Of a DNA stretch of 64,000 nucleotides, positions 40,833-56,149 are shown piece after piece; position 1 is the stretch's first letter, and every line of letters starts with the position of its first letter. The notes under the pieces are model-generated. The model ran no database searches. It saw only the letters and a list, made by a program, of their open reading frames with translations, and was not told where the DNA came from. Source of the stretch: the human T2T-CHM13v2.0 reference genome, Homo sapiens; NCBI GenBank assembly GCA_009914755.4, contig CP068257.2, forward strand, positions 29,120,001 to 29,184,000, read 5' to 3'. Position numbers and translations under genes: made by a program.

Positions 40833-42199
40833 ATGAGAACGAAGGATGCCCTCTAATATCCAGAATCAAGTAATCAAAGTTAAACAACACTATCATTTCA
40901 GGGTCATTCCTATCTACCTAGCAGTGGGTGGAATGCTACAAATAAATTCTGTATCTTATTATTTTATTAACTGATTTAAAGGAAATGATAAATCTCATTA
41001 TCTTTTGTCCTCTTATATGAGTAGAGCCTTTGAAATGGGCTCAACAGTACTACAACTTAACCTCAAAGCATATTTAGTTTTCTTTAATGAGTACAATCGA
41101 CAGTCTATAATAAGTAGTGAAAAATCTTTTCTTTTTAGCCCCAGATTTAAAGCTATGTATCTAGACTGTGTTCTACTCTGCTCAAACACACTGAAATTTC
41201 TTTGCCTTCTAATAAAATCTCAAAACCTGTGATGAGGTGAACCTTCCCCAGAAACTAGAAGTTTCTGAACAAATCTCACTTGAGATAGAAAAGACTCACT
41301 CGCTTAGAATGTTGCTGACACACACCTGCCACTTGTCATTTACCATGAAGCTGAACTGCCAGCAGGGTATGTCCAAATGTAGCAATTGCCCACAAGTATT
41401 ATCCAGAGATATTAGCAGACTCCAGCAAGGTAAATACCAACATTAACTAACACTGCCTTGTCCTGAAACCACAGGAGGTGTTTCTCTTTAAAAAGCATCC
41501 AGCTAACAAATAGCTTCACTTGCTTTTTCAAAGTGTGCAGGTGTTTTAATGAATATCTGTATTCAGTAGGGATCATGTTAAATTTAAAAACTGCTAGTCT
41601 CTGAATTGATTAACAACCCATGTATAGACACCAAAGCCCTGCACAAGAGCCCAAATACAAACATGAAAACCCTGCTCAAGAGGCACATCTGAAAATGAAG
41701 GATAGTCCACACTTTAATCTACAATATAAACAAACCTTATCTACTTCATAGTCCTCTGGTCTGGACTTTAAACCTACAAAACTTCCATTCCAGCTCCAGA
41801 GTTCTACTTTCCTAGTTGCTTTAATATTATGTCAAGAACCACCAAGTGCTGATATATTTATGAAGAACCACCAAAGTGCTAGTACAATCAATGATATTCT
41901 CCAGAATTCCCGTGCAAACATAAGATAAACTATTGGGCTATCATAAATAAAAGTTCAAAAAGTGAATAGAAATCATTAAAAATGTATTAATAAATTCAAT
42001 AAAAAGAAAAGCCATGTTGTTTTCAAGGCAAAGTTAGAGCCAATGGTAATTTTTAGCATTATATTCACTAACAAAACATATGTAATATGTAATATGAAAA
42101 CCCAGGTACATTACAGAAGTGGCTGTCAAAATTAGGGTTAGAACTGCATTAAAGCTTGTTAGTATTCAAAGAGCCATTAAAAACAAGATTTGAGTCAAA

Positions 42200-43590
42200 A
42201 AATAACTCAAGGTGGATTAAAGATGTAAATCTAAGACCTGAAATCATACAAATTCTAGAAAAAAAACTTAGGAAAAACTTTTCTGGACATTGGCCTAGAC
42301 AAAGAATTTAGGACTAAGATCCCAAAAGCAAATGCAACAAAAATGAAGATAAATAAATGGGACCAAATTAAACAAAAAGCTTCTGCACTACAAAAGAAAT
42401 AATAAAAAAATATTAAACAGACAACCTACAGAATAGGAGAAAGAGATTGGTGTAAAAGTAATTGCAGTTTTTGCTATTTAAAAGTAATGGCAAAAGCCAC
42501 AATTACTTTTGTACCAACCCAATACTTGCAAGCTACAGTTCCAACAAAGGAAACTAATATACAGATTCTACAAGGGACTAAAACAAATCAGCAAGGAAAA
42601 AATAGCAATCCCAATAAAAAGTGAGCAAATCACATGAATAGACATTTCTCAAAAGAAGATATACAAGTGGCCAACAAACATATGAAAAAATATTCAACTT
42701 CATTAATCATCAGGGAAATACAAAATAGAATCATGATGAGATACCACCTTACCCCAGCCAGAACGGTCATGATTAAAAAGTTTAAAAAAAATAGATGTTA
42801 GTGTGAATGTGGTGAAAAGGGAATGCTTATACACTGCTGGTGGGAATGTAAATTAATACAACCACTATGGAAAATGGTATGGCGATTTCTCAAAGAGCTA
42901 AAAGTAGATTTACCATTTGATCCAACAATCCCATTGGTAGTTTGCTGGGTAACTGCCAAAAGGAAAATAATTCATTATATCAAAAAGTTGCCTGCGCATG
43001 CATAGTTACTGCAGCACAATTCACAGGTGCAAAGGTATGAAATCAACCTAAGTGCCCATTCACCAATGAGTGAATAAAGAAAACCCCATATACACATTCC
43101 ATAGTGTATATATACAGGATGGACTAATACTCAGCCATAAAAAAATGAAATAATGTATTTTACAGCAACTTCGATGGAATTGGAGGCCATTATCCTAAGT
43201 GAAGTAACTTAGGAATGGAAAACCAAATACCGCATATCCTCACTTACAAGTCAGAGCTAAGCTATGGGTCCGCAAAGGCATGCAGAGGGTATAACGGATG
43301 CTGCAGACTCAGAAGGCGGGATGGTGGGAGGGCTGAAGGGAAAAAATTACCAATTGGGTACAATGTATATATACACCATGGAATGTGCATATGAGATTTT
43401 CTTTATTCACTCATTGGTGAATGGGCACTTAGGTTGATTTCATACCTTTGCACCTGTGAAAGTAATGGGTACAATGCACGCTATCTCGGTGATAGATATA
43501 CCAAAAACCCAGACTTCACCACTGCACAATTCATCCATGTAACCACACACCACCTGTACTCCTAAAGCTATTGAAATTAAAAAGAAAGAA
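42200..43590 (+). mobile_element. L1 LINE 3' portion (ORF2 C-terminus and 3' UTR), sense, old family. It is interrupted by a MADE1 element and by an inverted templated insertion.
   Basis: aactcaaggtggattaaagatgtaaatctaagacctgaaatcatacaaattctagaaaaaaaacttagg... through ...cagacttcaccactgcacaattcatccatgtaaccacacaccacctgtactcctaaagctattgaaattaaaaag. ORF 42823..43005, [37 protein letters not shown], is an L1 ORF2p C-terminal fragment. Confidence 0.85.
42441..42521. mobile_element. MADE1 (Hsmar1-derived mariner MITE, about 80 bp) nested inside the L1
   Basis: attggtgtaaaagtaattgcagtttttgctatttaaaagtaatggcaaaagccacaattacttttgtaccaacccaa matches the MADE1 consensus TTAGGTTGGTGCAAAAGTAATTGCGGTTTTTGCCATTAAAAGTAATGGCAAAAACCGCAATTACTTTTGCACCAACCTAA. 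Confidence 0.85.
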
Positions 43591-44534
43591 CTGTTTTGAG
43601 ACAGGATTTATAGGATTACAAGAAACATTTTGGCAAGTATCTGAATGTGATCTTCCTCAACACTGTCGTGGGTTTCCTCTTTGCTCTCTTGCCCAACCCT
43701 GACTCTTGTCAACCATTAGTGAAAAATATTTATTGCCGCTCACTTCCCATGTGGCAGTGTTTAACCTGTATGTCATGTTACCCAGAGGGTTGGTGTCACC
43801 ATTTTACTGATGGACAAAACAATGTTTAGCTCAACCAGCCAGTCAATTTAGAGGAAAGGTCACTACCATTTGATTACCTTTTCTTCTCACCCTGCTGGCA
43901 ATTGCAGTGTTTTTATTTTTTTCCTTCAGTTGAGCTGTGATATGGGTCATGAAGAGTGGCAAGAATCTTAGGAGAAACAGAATTTTAAAAAATAGATTTT
44001 CAGAATATGTATTAGTTTTTAAAACAAAACACAAATATATTCATAAATGTGATATTCTACAGGAAAATCTATATATTATTCATGGAAATCTATATCCTTA
44101 ATGGTCTATTGAGTGGTAAAATTTATCTGAAAATTTATTTCTAAGCCAGTTCCTATATAATAAGAATAGTAAAAGTTTCTGCTAGAGTGTAGGGGAGAAA
44201 CTATGGACACAAAGACCTAGAGATCAAAATGGTATTAGATATCTCAAAAGCAAAAATGAAAGCCAGAAAAAAAAAGGGGGCAAGTTTTTCAATAAAATGA
44301 AAGAAAATTATTTCTAACCTAGAAATCCAGTCAGTCTATAAACTGTCAGGTTAAAATAAAAATATTTTTAGACATGCGGGATCTCAGAAAGTTTACCTGA
44401 AGAGTTACTAGTTCAGACAAATGCTATAGGATGTGCTCCACCAGAAATTAACAAATACAAACACAAATTCAGGCAGAGGATGATATTAAATGGAGTGGCA
44501 AAGAGGATTTGAGGCAGGGCGCAGTGGCTCACGC

Positions 44535-44820
44535 CTGTAATCTCAGCACTTTGGGAGGCCAAGGCGGGTGGATTACTTAAGGTCAGAAGTTCTAGACCAG
44601 CCTGATCAACATGGCTGAAACCCGTCTCTACTAAAATTACAAAAATTAGCCAGGCGTGGTGGTGGGCACCTGTGATCCCAGCTACTCAGGAGGCTGAGGC
44701 AGGAGAATTGCTTGAATCCAGGAGGCAGAGGCTACAGTGAGCTGAGATCGCGTCACTGCACTCCAGCCTGGGCGACAGAGAGAGATCCTGGCTCAAATAA
44801 ACAAATAAATAAATAAACAA
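44535..44820 (+). mobile_element. AluS-like SINE, sense, with an (AAAT/AAAC)n tail and a 10-bp target-site duplication
   Basis: ggcagggcgcagtggctcacgcctgtaatctcagcactttgggaggccaaggcgggtggattacttaaggtcag...gcgacagagagagatcctggctcaaataaacaaataaataaataaa. Target-site duplication caaagaggat at 44521-44530 and 44818-44827. Confidence 0.9.
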
Positions 44821-46545
44821 AGAGGATCTATGCTATGCAGCCAGCCTAAAGGGCAGCAAACCTGATTGGACAGGGCACAAAAGGACAGTGAGCTCCAAAA
44901 AGAATATTTCTAGCGCAGAGATGGAACCAGTGGATTTTCCAATGTGTATAATCCTACAGTGAGAATTTTACAATTCTGTCAATGAATTTAAAGATGGTTT
45001 CTTGGTGGAAAACTTAGGCAGTTATTAATTCATGGAAAGGAAATGCTATACCAATGCACCAAGGATTTGGGGTAAGTATGTGAATACTTGTTATATAGCC
45101 CTGGCTGGTCTCAAACTATACCAATACTACAGTATATACACAGTAAAGACTACTGTGATATTACCATATGGGAGATTGTGAGAGGGAAACTGCATGTGTC
45201 TTGGGTGAAGCGTATGTTTTTTAAAATCCTCATTTCACAAAATAGGAAGTTAGTAAATTATGTGCAAAATTGAGGAAACAAAAAGTACAGAATAAGACTA
45301 TTATGGACAAATGATTAAGTATGGAAAAAGTCTAAAATACTTGAAGGTGGGTTACTACTGCACAGAATAAATCAAAGGTAAGAAGCCTCTATTTTTGTTG
45401 TCTGCTTTTTTGTAGAAGTTACTTTTGAATCATCCATTTAATACTTTTATTATTTTTAATGTTAATTAATACTTTTTGAAGATAATTTTAACTAGAAATA
45501 AATGCTATAAAACAGGGTAATGAAGACGGGGCCTCGGAAAGGTATCTTCAGAATCCATTAGGACATGGTATGAAAGAAGAAGGTTATTTTAATTGCAATG
45601 GCCTAGCATTGAAGAATAACATGTGTTCCGAACCTTAAAAATACTTCTGACATTTGATTTAGTATGCTGGCTCTAACTGGAGTCTAAAATAAGCAAATAA
45701 TCAAAGATGGGGTTACTGATTACTTAGTAAATGTTCATTAAAATATTACTTTAAATGATAAAGAATTGAAAGCATCCTAAATATATAAAAATTGAGTTAA
45801 TATTAATAAAACATGCTGCATTTATACAGAATAATATGGTGCAGTCATTTTGAAATAATATATAATTACATAGGGGAGTATTCAAAATAATCACATTACA
45901 AAGAATACAAAAATTAGTTTTTCTATATTTTATAATTATTATTTTACTAAAGAAATAATACTAGTTACTCCTAAGTAGTGAATAATGTGTATGTTTTTTC
46001 GAACTTTGTTTTCCATACTGTTTGCAATGAGCAATTATGGATAGAAAAAAACAATGAATGTTTTTATTTTTCTACCAAAGTAACTCAGAGTCCAAATTCC
46101 TGTAATCTTTTCTTATGGAGCTAAATTTCTTTTTTTAAATAGTTTCTAATGTTTTTCTCTAGAATATTCCTTAATTTTCTATATTCTTAATAAAATTCAG
46201 ATGATAAAATAGAATCAATATTCTCATAAGAGTTTGAATGATGCTATACAGTGGAAGAATTATCACCTCCCATATGTCCTACTTGTATTAACTCCCATAT
46301 GTACCAGGGTTTTTTTAAAATTATACATCATGTTGCTGATTCATCCCTAGTGTGCAATGGTTTGGTTTCTGAAATATTTCCCCAAGCCAGTGTTTCTCCA
46401 TTCTTTACCGGGCCCTGCCTCTTACTTGTTCCTCTCATGCCAACTTTCACTTTTGCTGATTGCCTTGTTTAGGTAGCCTTCAAAATCTATTTCTAACCTT
46501 CAAGGTTTGGGAATACCACTTGGTCTCACAACACTGGAAAAATGT

Positions 46546-46902
<357 letters not shown>

Positions 46903-48409
46903 TCAATGAATCTCAAAAGGTAATTCAAACATCACTCATTTTGGAATCATCTTGTACTATAGTAATTAAAAATGCAGATAAATAGGCTGCACCCCCCAGA
47001 CTACTGAACCAGAACCTATGGAGGGAGAACTCTGGAGTGTTTATTCTTTAAAAGCGTGGCTAGAATTCTTACACATGCTCAAATTTGAGAAACACAGAAT
47101 CCAGGTTATTATAAAATAAACTTCACATATTTTTACATATGTGCCAAATTGATAAGCTACTTTCAGAAGCTGCTAGATTCTCTATCCCCACACTTCTTCT
47201 CTTTCAATTACAGACTAATCATTCTAGAAGTTTATCCCTACTCCAGATTCTGGAAGAAGTTCTGCTCTTACCCTATTTGCAGAGACAGATTCAAGAAGGT
47301 TTGCAAACCCTATATAGGACAAACCCAGAGAAATCTATTTCAAAGCATTATATACTGTATCATTGTACTTATATCACCTTGTCAAAAAGACAAAAACTAT
47401 AGTGATCGAGAACAGATCAATCACTTTTCAGAGTTAGGGAAGAAAGTATTACTAAAATGGAATAGGACGACAGAGTTTGTTTGTTTTTTTTTCTGGCGGG
47501 GGATGGGGAGGGTGATGATAGAATTGTTCTACATTCTGATTGTTATGGTAGTTACACAGATATACTTAAAAACATATTAAACTATACAACTTCACTGTGT
47601 TGATTTTTTAATTTAAATCTTATTTTATACAGAATTTTCACAAAGATATAAAAATTCTTCATTTATTTAGATGTTCTAGATCATATTCTTGGATAAAGTT
47701 ACATTTTTCAGAGAGCTTTATATCTACATTACATTGTTTTACTACGCCCACAAATGTCTTGTAATAGATTTTGCTTTGATATTGCCCAATAGGCTGGCAT
47801 CGAAATAAATTATAAAAAATAGACATTAGAAACGTATTATTATGTTAATTCTGGCAGTGTTAAGATGATATTTAATGATGATGATAATGATGATAATTTC
47901 TAAAAAGAAGATTATTTCACAAGAACAGCTAATTGGATGAGAGGCTGTGAGAGCACAAAGTTAGGGAGATGGGGAATATAAGTGTTATTCTGGGGACTAC
48001 AGCGCTTCCAGGGTTTGACTACCTGAAGAAGTGAATTCCTCTGCCATTTGTCTTCCATATCTATTTTTAAGGTGTCAAGTTTGCTGATTCAGGAATAAGC
48101 CAAATGTGAAGTGTGAAGTGTGATTTGCCATAATGAAATTCACCTTTCTTGACCTTTTCTATTTAAAATAATTTAAAATGTATTTTTGTCTTCCTTCATG
48201 CAGCAAATTGAGAATACTCAAGAGAATACATTTTTCTCAGCTTTGTGTGTGAGGCAAATACCACCCTGGTATCACTGAGATTTCTTTTAACTCACAACTT
48301 TCTCCTTTTGTTATTAATGGTTTCACCACTAAAGTCATACAGAACACTCAAGAAATAAGCCACATAAACATAAAATACACCAAAACCAGAATATGATAGA
48401 CATAGAAGC

Positions 48410-48741
<332 letters not shown>

Positions 48742-48744
48742 TAA

Positions 48745-49170
48745 ATTTTTTGTTGTCTAAGTTTAAGGTGTACATGATGATGTTTTGATATACATGTAGA
48801 CAGTGAAATGATTACCACAGTCAAACCACTTAATATATCCATCATCTTACATAGTTACGTTTGTGTGTGTATATATTTGTATGTGGTAAAGCATCAAAAA
48901 TCTACTCTATTAGCAAATGTTCAGTGTATAATACAATCTTATGAACTATAGTTCACAGGTTGTACATTAGTTCTCTAGGATTATCTATCATACATAACTA
49001 GAAATTTGCATCTTTTGACCTATATCTCCCCATTTCTTTCCCTTCTATTCCCCTGGTAACCACTCTCTGTTTCTCCATGAGATCATGCAATATTTTTCTT
49101 CCTTTGTCTGGCTTATTTCACTTAGCATAAATGCCTTCCAGGTTCATTCAAGTTGTCATAAATGGCAGTG
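48745..49170 (+). mobile_element. L1 LINE fragment, ORF2 middle region, sense
   Basis: gtgtggtaaagcatcaaaaatctactctattagcaaatgttcagtgtataatacaatcttatgaactatagttcacaggttgtacattag...ccactctctgtttctccatgagatcatgcaatatttttcttcctttgtctggcttatttcacttagcataaatgccttccaggttcattcaagttgtcataaatggcag. The same L1 landmark motifs appear in the 30690..32170 fragment. Confidence 0.8.
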
Positions 49171-49862
49171 TGAGGAGGATTATAAATTTTAACATAGCTT
49201 CTGTGCATTGATTCTTCTATTTGGCATTATAAACATTGAACCAGAATAAAGACAACAGGAAACCAAAAAGTATTCTTCAAAAGCTAAAACTTTATTGAGT
49301 TGCATAACATGTTGGAGATCCAAGCAGTTAGGTCTAATTTTAACCCCCAGATTTCTTACTCAAGAGTATAATATGAATAAGAAGAATGAAAGAAGAGCAT
49401 CATGCAAATTCACCATGGCCTATTTACTTCTTCCTTACAACATCCATTTAGTGGATGGAATGCTTAGAATAGCAAACCATTAACTTCCTGCAAACTGCAG
49501 TAGGAAAATATATCCTTAAAGAATGAATCAAGAGGAAAGAAAAAAAGTGAAAATCACATTTATATGGCTGAGTTAAGCATATTTATTATAATATGGAAGT
49601 CGGTAAAATAAAATTCACCTAAAGTTAGGGGGAAATCAAATCCACTGGGGGAATGTAAAATACAGTACAGTATTCTATCGGGAAAAACTAAAACTTCTAT
49701 TAAAGTTCAGCCCACAAAGTTCATTATCAGTCTACTTTGCACAGTTCAATACAGAGAGAATCTAAAATTCACATTTTATCACCTGGAAGGCTGTCAATAA
49801 AACATCTCTTCAAGTTTGATTCCTTAGGACACTGATTATAATACAGTTCCCTTTGTCAGAAC

Positions 49863-50021
49863 TTAATAGAGGTCTAGTGTCCAATATCTTCTGTCATCAA
49901 GTGGCCAGAAGCCGGCATAGCCATATCCAAAGTCCCCACCCCCTGGTGAACAGGTGCTAACACATCCACAGCCAACACCATCTCAGGGGAGAACCACAAC
50001 TGCCCTAGTAGGAGCCAGGGG
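49863..50021 (-). pseudogene. KRTAP8-like HGT-KRTAP pseudogene, frame-shifted and about 50 codons long
   Basis: The complement from the ATG at 50021 reads MIHLPWLLLGQLWFSPEMVLAVDV.... The shifted frame reads GCGCVSTCSPGGGDFGYGYAGFWPLDDRRYWTLDLY*. The 3' end gatgacagaagatattggacactagacctctattaa aligns to the KRTAP8-1 ...ggctacaggagatactcgccatttgctctctactga (YRRYSPFALY*). Confidence 0.6.
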
Positions 50022-50435
50022 AGATGTATCATTGAAGAGGCCAAAGGACTTCTTGTTAGTTGGGTGTTTAGTACAAAGACTACTAAGAATGACTTACTCC
50101 ATCTGCCCGAAGTCTTTCATACACCCCCAGTAAAGGGTGTGGCATCCGCATTGCTCTTAAAATTGTTTGAGGTTGACTGACTGCCTAGTGTCCTTTTAAT
50201 GAGTTTAGTCCCTACAATGAGAAGCTACAGAAATGCTACCAAAGTCTTTGGTAAAAGCAGATTCCCAGTTTATCCATCAAAAATCAGGCTTCTAAACAAC
50301 TAGAAACATTCTTACTATATTGCCTAACATTGCTTGTGAGATTACAGACAATTTGGAGGCACACAAAAGGGATTATTAATACTATCTAAACTATGAGGTT
50401 AAATATATGCAGATTTTTCTCCTAAGAAATTTTGA

Positions 50436-50943
<508 letters not shown>

Positions 50944-51439
50944 TACACTACTTTCACTAACTTTTTAATTAATTTTCAGTTTCTTCAATGTTCCTCTTTT
51001 GTCATGGAATTATGAACCATGTTTAGGCTCTAACTTTATTAAATAACATTGATGTTAAGGTCTACCAGGTATGGGAAAATAAGTAATAAGAATAGTGGAG
51101 TGTTTCACAGAATCAGCCACATCAGATAAAATGTAAGTGTAGTTTCCTTCAGTAATCAACTCTCAAGAAACATGACTTTGTGGAGGAATCTCTTACTCTT
51201 CCAGTTTCCATCCTATATCTGACTAACTACAGTCCTATAACCAGAAAGAGAAAAGCACATCAGAAATATGCACATTAGCCTTTCAACAGAAACTTAAAGA
51301 ATCTGTGAACACATTCTACATCTTACTTATATTAAACATTAAGCCAACTAATTTTCACTACTTTAACTGTTCCCTAAGATATGATCAATATTATTGGGAA
51401 AAGGCCCAGTGAAATGACACAAATAGGAAAAAAAACTCC

Positions 51440-52633
51440 CAGCATCAAAGTCAAAATTTAATACAAAATACAAAAATTAACTCAAGATGGATTAAAGACT
51501 TACATGTAAGACCTAACCCCATAAAAACCTTAGAAGAAAACCTAGGCAATACCACTCAGTACATAGGCATGGGCAAAGACTTCACGACTATAACACCAAA
51601 AGCAATGGCAACAAAAGCCAAAATTAACAAATGGGATCTAATTAAACTAAAGAGCTTCTGCACAGCAAAAGAAACTATCACCAGAGTGAACAGGCAACTT
51701 ATAGAATGGGAGAAAATCTTTGCAATCTACCCATCTGACAAAGGGCTAATATCCAGAATCTACAAAGAACTTAAAAAAAATTTACAAGAAAAAAAACAAC
51801 CCCATCAAAAAGTGGGAAAAGGATATGAACAGACACTTCTCAAAAGAAAACATTTATGCAGCCAACAGACACATGAAAAAATGCTCATCATCACTGGCCA
51901 TCAGAGAAATGCAAATCAAAACCACAATGAGATACCATCTCACACCAGTTAGAATGGCGATCATTAAAAAGTCAGGAATCAACAGGTGCTGGAGAGGATG
52001 TGGAGAATAGGAACACTTTTGCACTGTTGGTGGGACTGTAAACTAGTTCAACCATTGTGGAAAACAGTGTGGCGATTCCTCAAGGATCTAGAACTAGAAA
52101 TACCATTTGACCCAGCCATCCCATTACTGGGTATATACCCAAAGGATTATAAATCATGCTGCTATAAAGACACATGCACATGTATGTTTATTGCGGCACT
52201 ATTCAAAATAGCAAAGACTTGGAACCAACACAAATGTCCATCAATGATAGACGGGATTAAGAAAATGTGGCACATATACACCATGGAATACTATGCAGCC
52301 ATTAAAAAAGGATGAATTCATGTCCTTTGTAGGGACATGGAGGAAGCTGGAAACCATCATTCTGAGCAAACTATTGCAAGGACAGAAAACCAAACACTGC
52401 ATGTTCTCACTCATAGGTGGGAATTGAACAATGAGAACACTTGGACACAGGGAGGGGAACATCACACACCAGGACCTGTCAGGGAGTGGGGGGCAGGGGG
52501 ATGGATAGCATTAGGAGATATACCTAATATAAATGATGAGTTAATAGGTGCAGCAAACCAACATGGCGCATGTATACTTATGTGACAAACCTACAGGTTG
52601 TACACATATACCCTAGAACTTAATGTACAATGA
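51440..52633 (+). mobile_element. L1 LINE 3' end (ORF2 C-terminus and 3' UTR), sense, relatively young primate L1PA-type, about 1.2 kb
   Basis: Close to the L1PA consensus from aactcaagatggattaaagacttacatgtaagacctaaccccataaaaacc to aacatggcgcatgtatacttatgtgacaaacctacaggttgtacacatataccctagaacttaatgtacaat. ORFs 51569..51952, 51825..52010 and 51986..52315 are L1 ORF2p fragments (...[65 protein letters not shown]...MEYYAAIKK). Confidence 0.9.
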
Positions 52634-52991
<358 letters not shown>

Positions 52992-54569
52992 ACCCAATAC
53001 TTTAAAATACCCAATTGTTCAGAAAAGTATAGCAGAAGATAACATGGAGCTTGTTGTATATTTTGGAAGAGTTAATGAAAAGACTATATTCAGATTTTCA
53101 TTTAACCCTGTATTGATTATTTATCATACTTAAATTCACTGTAGTACAGGGATTTGAATCATAAAAAGAATCTTATTGTATCTAACATTAGGCTGTATCT
53201 AACACTAGGTAGAAGAGCAAAGTGTTGACCTTAAAAGTGAAAAATTTACTAATGTGGTTTTTTTTTATTTTCTTCAATGAAGTGTATAAGACGTTCAAGA
53301 ATATAACCCAACCTTGCATAGACTTGCTTACATTTCTGGTTTTATCACTTATTAGAGTGTAATTTGGTTACTAGGTAATACAATGGAAGGACCACAGTAG
53401 TAAAATCAGATTTGAACTGTGGTCTGAAATCTACATATTGTTTGTCTAACTTTTGATACTAACACCACATTCTGTGCCTCAACTGCAAAGTTGTACAGAA
53501 GATGTAACCACCCCATCTAATTCCTGAGATTTTCTGAAGCTCTAATAAGAAACAGTGAAATCATAAAATACAATATAAATGCATGTTAAAATCATTGTTT
53601 TCTTTCATCCATCCCAAATCTAACTCATAAAAGTGGTTCATGAAACTATTCCATATTTGTTTGATGGATCAATATGTTTAATAGTCTAAGCAGTGTTTTA
53701 CAGGTATATCACATACCGAATCTCCTAGAAGGAGATTTATGTGTTCGCAAAACACATATCGCTGACTTCACAGGTCTCGATGGGTGAGGAGGAAAGAAGG
53801 CAGCTTGAAAATTTGCTTTCTGAAAATGTTCCCGGTTAATGCTGATCTCAATGCTGATTCAGGCACCACACATTGGAAAACATGGTTCTAGAGATGAGAT
53901 AAAATTAAAGAGAATAGCAAGATATAAAAATATATGTGCATAGTCACATATGTTTTTGTGAATATTCAATTAACTTTTTAATTGAATTTCAAATTAAACA
54001 CGTATGCAATTATACTTCAGTATATACAGTCATTCTGTACTTATTATTTAAGATCCAAGGTAGATTGGTTTGATTTTATTATTGGGCTTTGGATACTAAT
54101 ATATAAATTAAACTTACCTGGACATCATCAATTTCTCCTTTCAGATAACCCAAGGTTAACATCTTTTGGTAATATTTTAAAGTCAGTATTCATTTTACTA
54201 AATTTAAAATATTATTTTTATTATAAAATATAAGTGAAAATACGACCACTGTAAACATATTTACACAAGAAAACATATTCAAACCACATGTCCCATCCTA
54301 TGTTAATTCAGGTAAGTTTTTTTTTTTTAAACAGAAGCATTCTCATATTTCAAAAAAACATCACAAGCCTAAATGAGGAACTCCTGGAAAAGTTCAGACA
54401 CAGGCTGAAGTAACACATCTTGAAGTGAACCTGATCCACTGTAAGCAGAGGCTGGATTTGCTCAAGGAGCACCTTGGAACTCAAAGAAAAGTAGAATCAG
54501 ACTGAAAAAAAAAAAATGCCCCAGAAGTGATAAAGTATTCGATAAGCAGATTAATCAATAAACTCCTGT

Positions 54570-54742
54570 TGCCGGTCTCTTTTATAGCCAAGTAGCTGGT
54601 GTCCTCTGCAGCTATAACAGGCGGAGGACGGCAGGTAAAAAGGTGCTGCCATCGCCACAGGCATCACTGTGGCCCAGGGAATACCCATAACTTCCCAGCA
54701 GCCATTTTGGTAGAAGTTCTTAGGGAAGAAGTTCTATCACAT
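54570..54742 (-). pseudogene. KRTAP8-like HGT-KRTAP pseudogene. The ATG is followed immediately by a stop, and a frame-shifted body follows.
   Basis: The complement cttggacaATGTGAtagaacttcttccctaagaacttctaccaaaatggctgctgggaagttatgggtattccctgggc aligns to KRTAP8-1 ATGCTCTGCgacaacttccccggggctgtcttcccaggatgctactggggcagctatggctacccgctggg. The shifted frame reads WLLGSYGYSLGHSDACGDGSTFLPAV, against KRTAP8-1 CYWGSYGYPLGYSVGCGYGSTYSPV. ORF 54599..54784(+) is an antisense artefact of this. Confidence 0.65.
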
Positions 54743-56149
54743 TGTCCAAGGAATAAAGGTTTGATCAGGCAGCAAACTCAATAGTTATAGCACATAATAG
54801 GATCCTTTTACCTTCGTGACTCATATAACCTCACCAGAGGCTGTGATGAAGAAATGCACCTCTTTCCTTTTTTAGATCAAGGGAATTAGTATTCTCATTA
54901 ATTTCCTAGATCTCCTTGAAAAAAAAAAAAAAAGAGATCCTCATTATTCTTGAAAGAAGTTTGAGCTGAATTAACTGCCAAAGCTGAAGAAGGATTCTTC
55001 TTTGTGGGTTTTTTTTTTTCCTGTAATGAGAAGTTACTGCAGTGTCTTCAAAGTCTTTGGTTAAAATAGACTCCAAGTTGAATCCTCCAATTATTAGATG
55101 TCTCAAGAACAAAAAATAATGCCAATTGCAATAGCAAACTGTGCTTTTGGTCTGCAGGAATTTACTAAACGTCCTCATGCTTCATAAAGCCCCATACCAG
55201 GATTTGAAGTAGAGATATTAAAGAGTTTGTAGACCTAACAAACCTTTCATATTAGAAACAAAGGCAAAGCAGAAAAGCCTACAGTCAACGTAAGTCTATG
55301 CAGCTAAACGCCGTAGTTAGAAAAGCTTTAGTGGATGCAGTGAGGCAGGAATAATAGTAGTCGTTTGCGTATATATAAAATGTCACAGATGAATTATACT
55401 TTAAGTTCTGATGTTAGGACCAGTGAGAGTGTGGCATAGTACTTATAAGCTACAAAAGCAAAATTTGACAGCTGACGAGGAAGCACTAAGATCTGGGACG
55501 AGCCCTATAGCGTGCCTCTTTTCTACTTCTTTTTTCACTGGCTTTCTATCTCTGGGCTGTGCAACTTTGAAGAGCTTACTCATCCCATCATTCTAAGGCA
55601 AGGCATAAAGTCATTTTTGACATTTATGAAAAAAATGTACTTACAAATACTCTCTATTTGATATCTCTAAAATCTAAGGGACACAGTGAAATGAATGTCA
55701 CTAAGAGAGCTGGGGAAAACAAAATTTCCGCATGATGTTATTGCTTCAGACTCTCAGTGGATCCTGACCTAATGGCATCTATAGCCTATCCTGACATCTT
55801 GGGAAGTCATTTCTGGACTCATAGTCTACACATTCATGGGCTCTCTCTTGGATATCACAAAAAATCCCAGGCAAATAGTGCTGTGTTCATGGTTTAAACA
55901 AATGATTTCCATGGCTCTCATTGCCAAGATTAAAGATCTTAATTTGAAAAACATAGCAGCCTCTTTGTTTCATTCATGATAGTTTTATTGAGGAGATAGT
56001 ATGAGTTCAATGTTGTGCCTTATTTTGGGAACACGACAAAGCAGGTCCCTTTATGGAGTGTGTGTTTTCAGTTCTATAGGATGCCACTGGAGTGGATTCT
56101 GGTTAGCAGAGAGGCAGGTGGCAAGGCTTCAGCATCCAACACACCCAGA

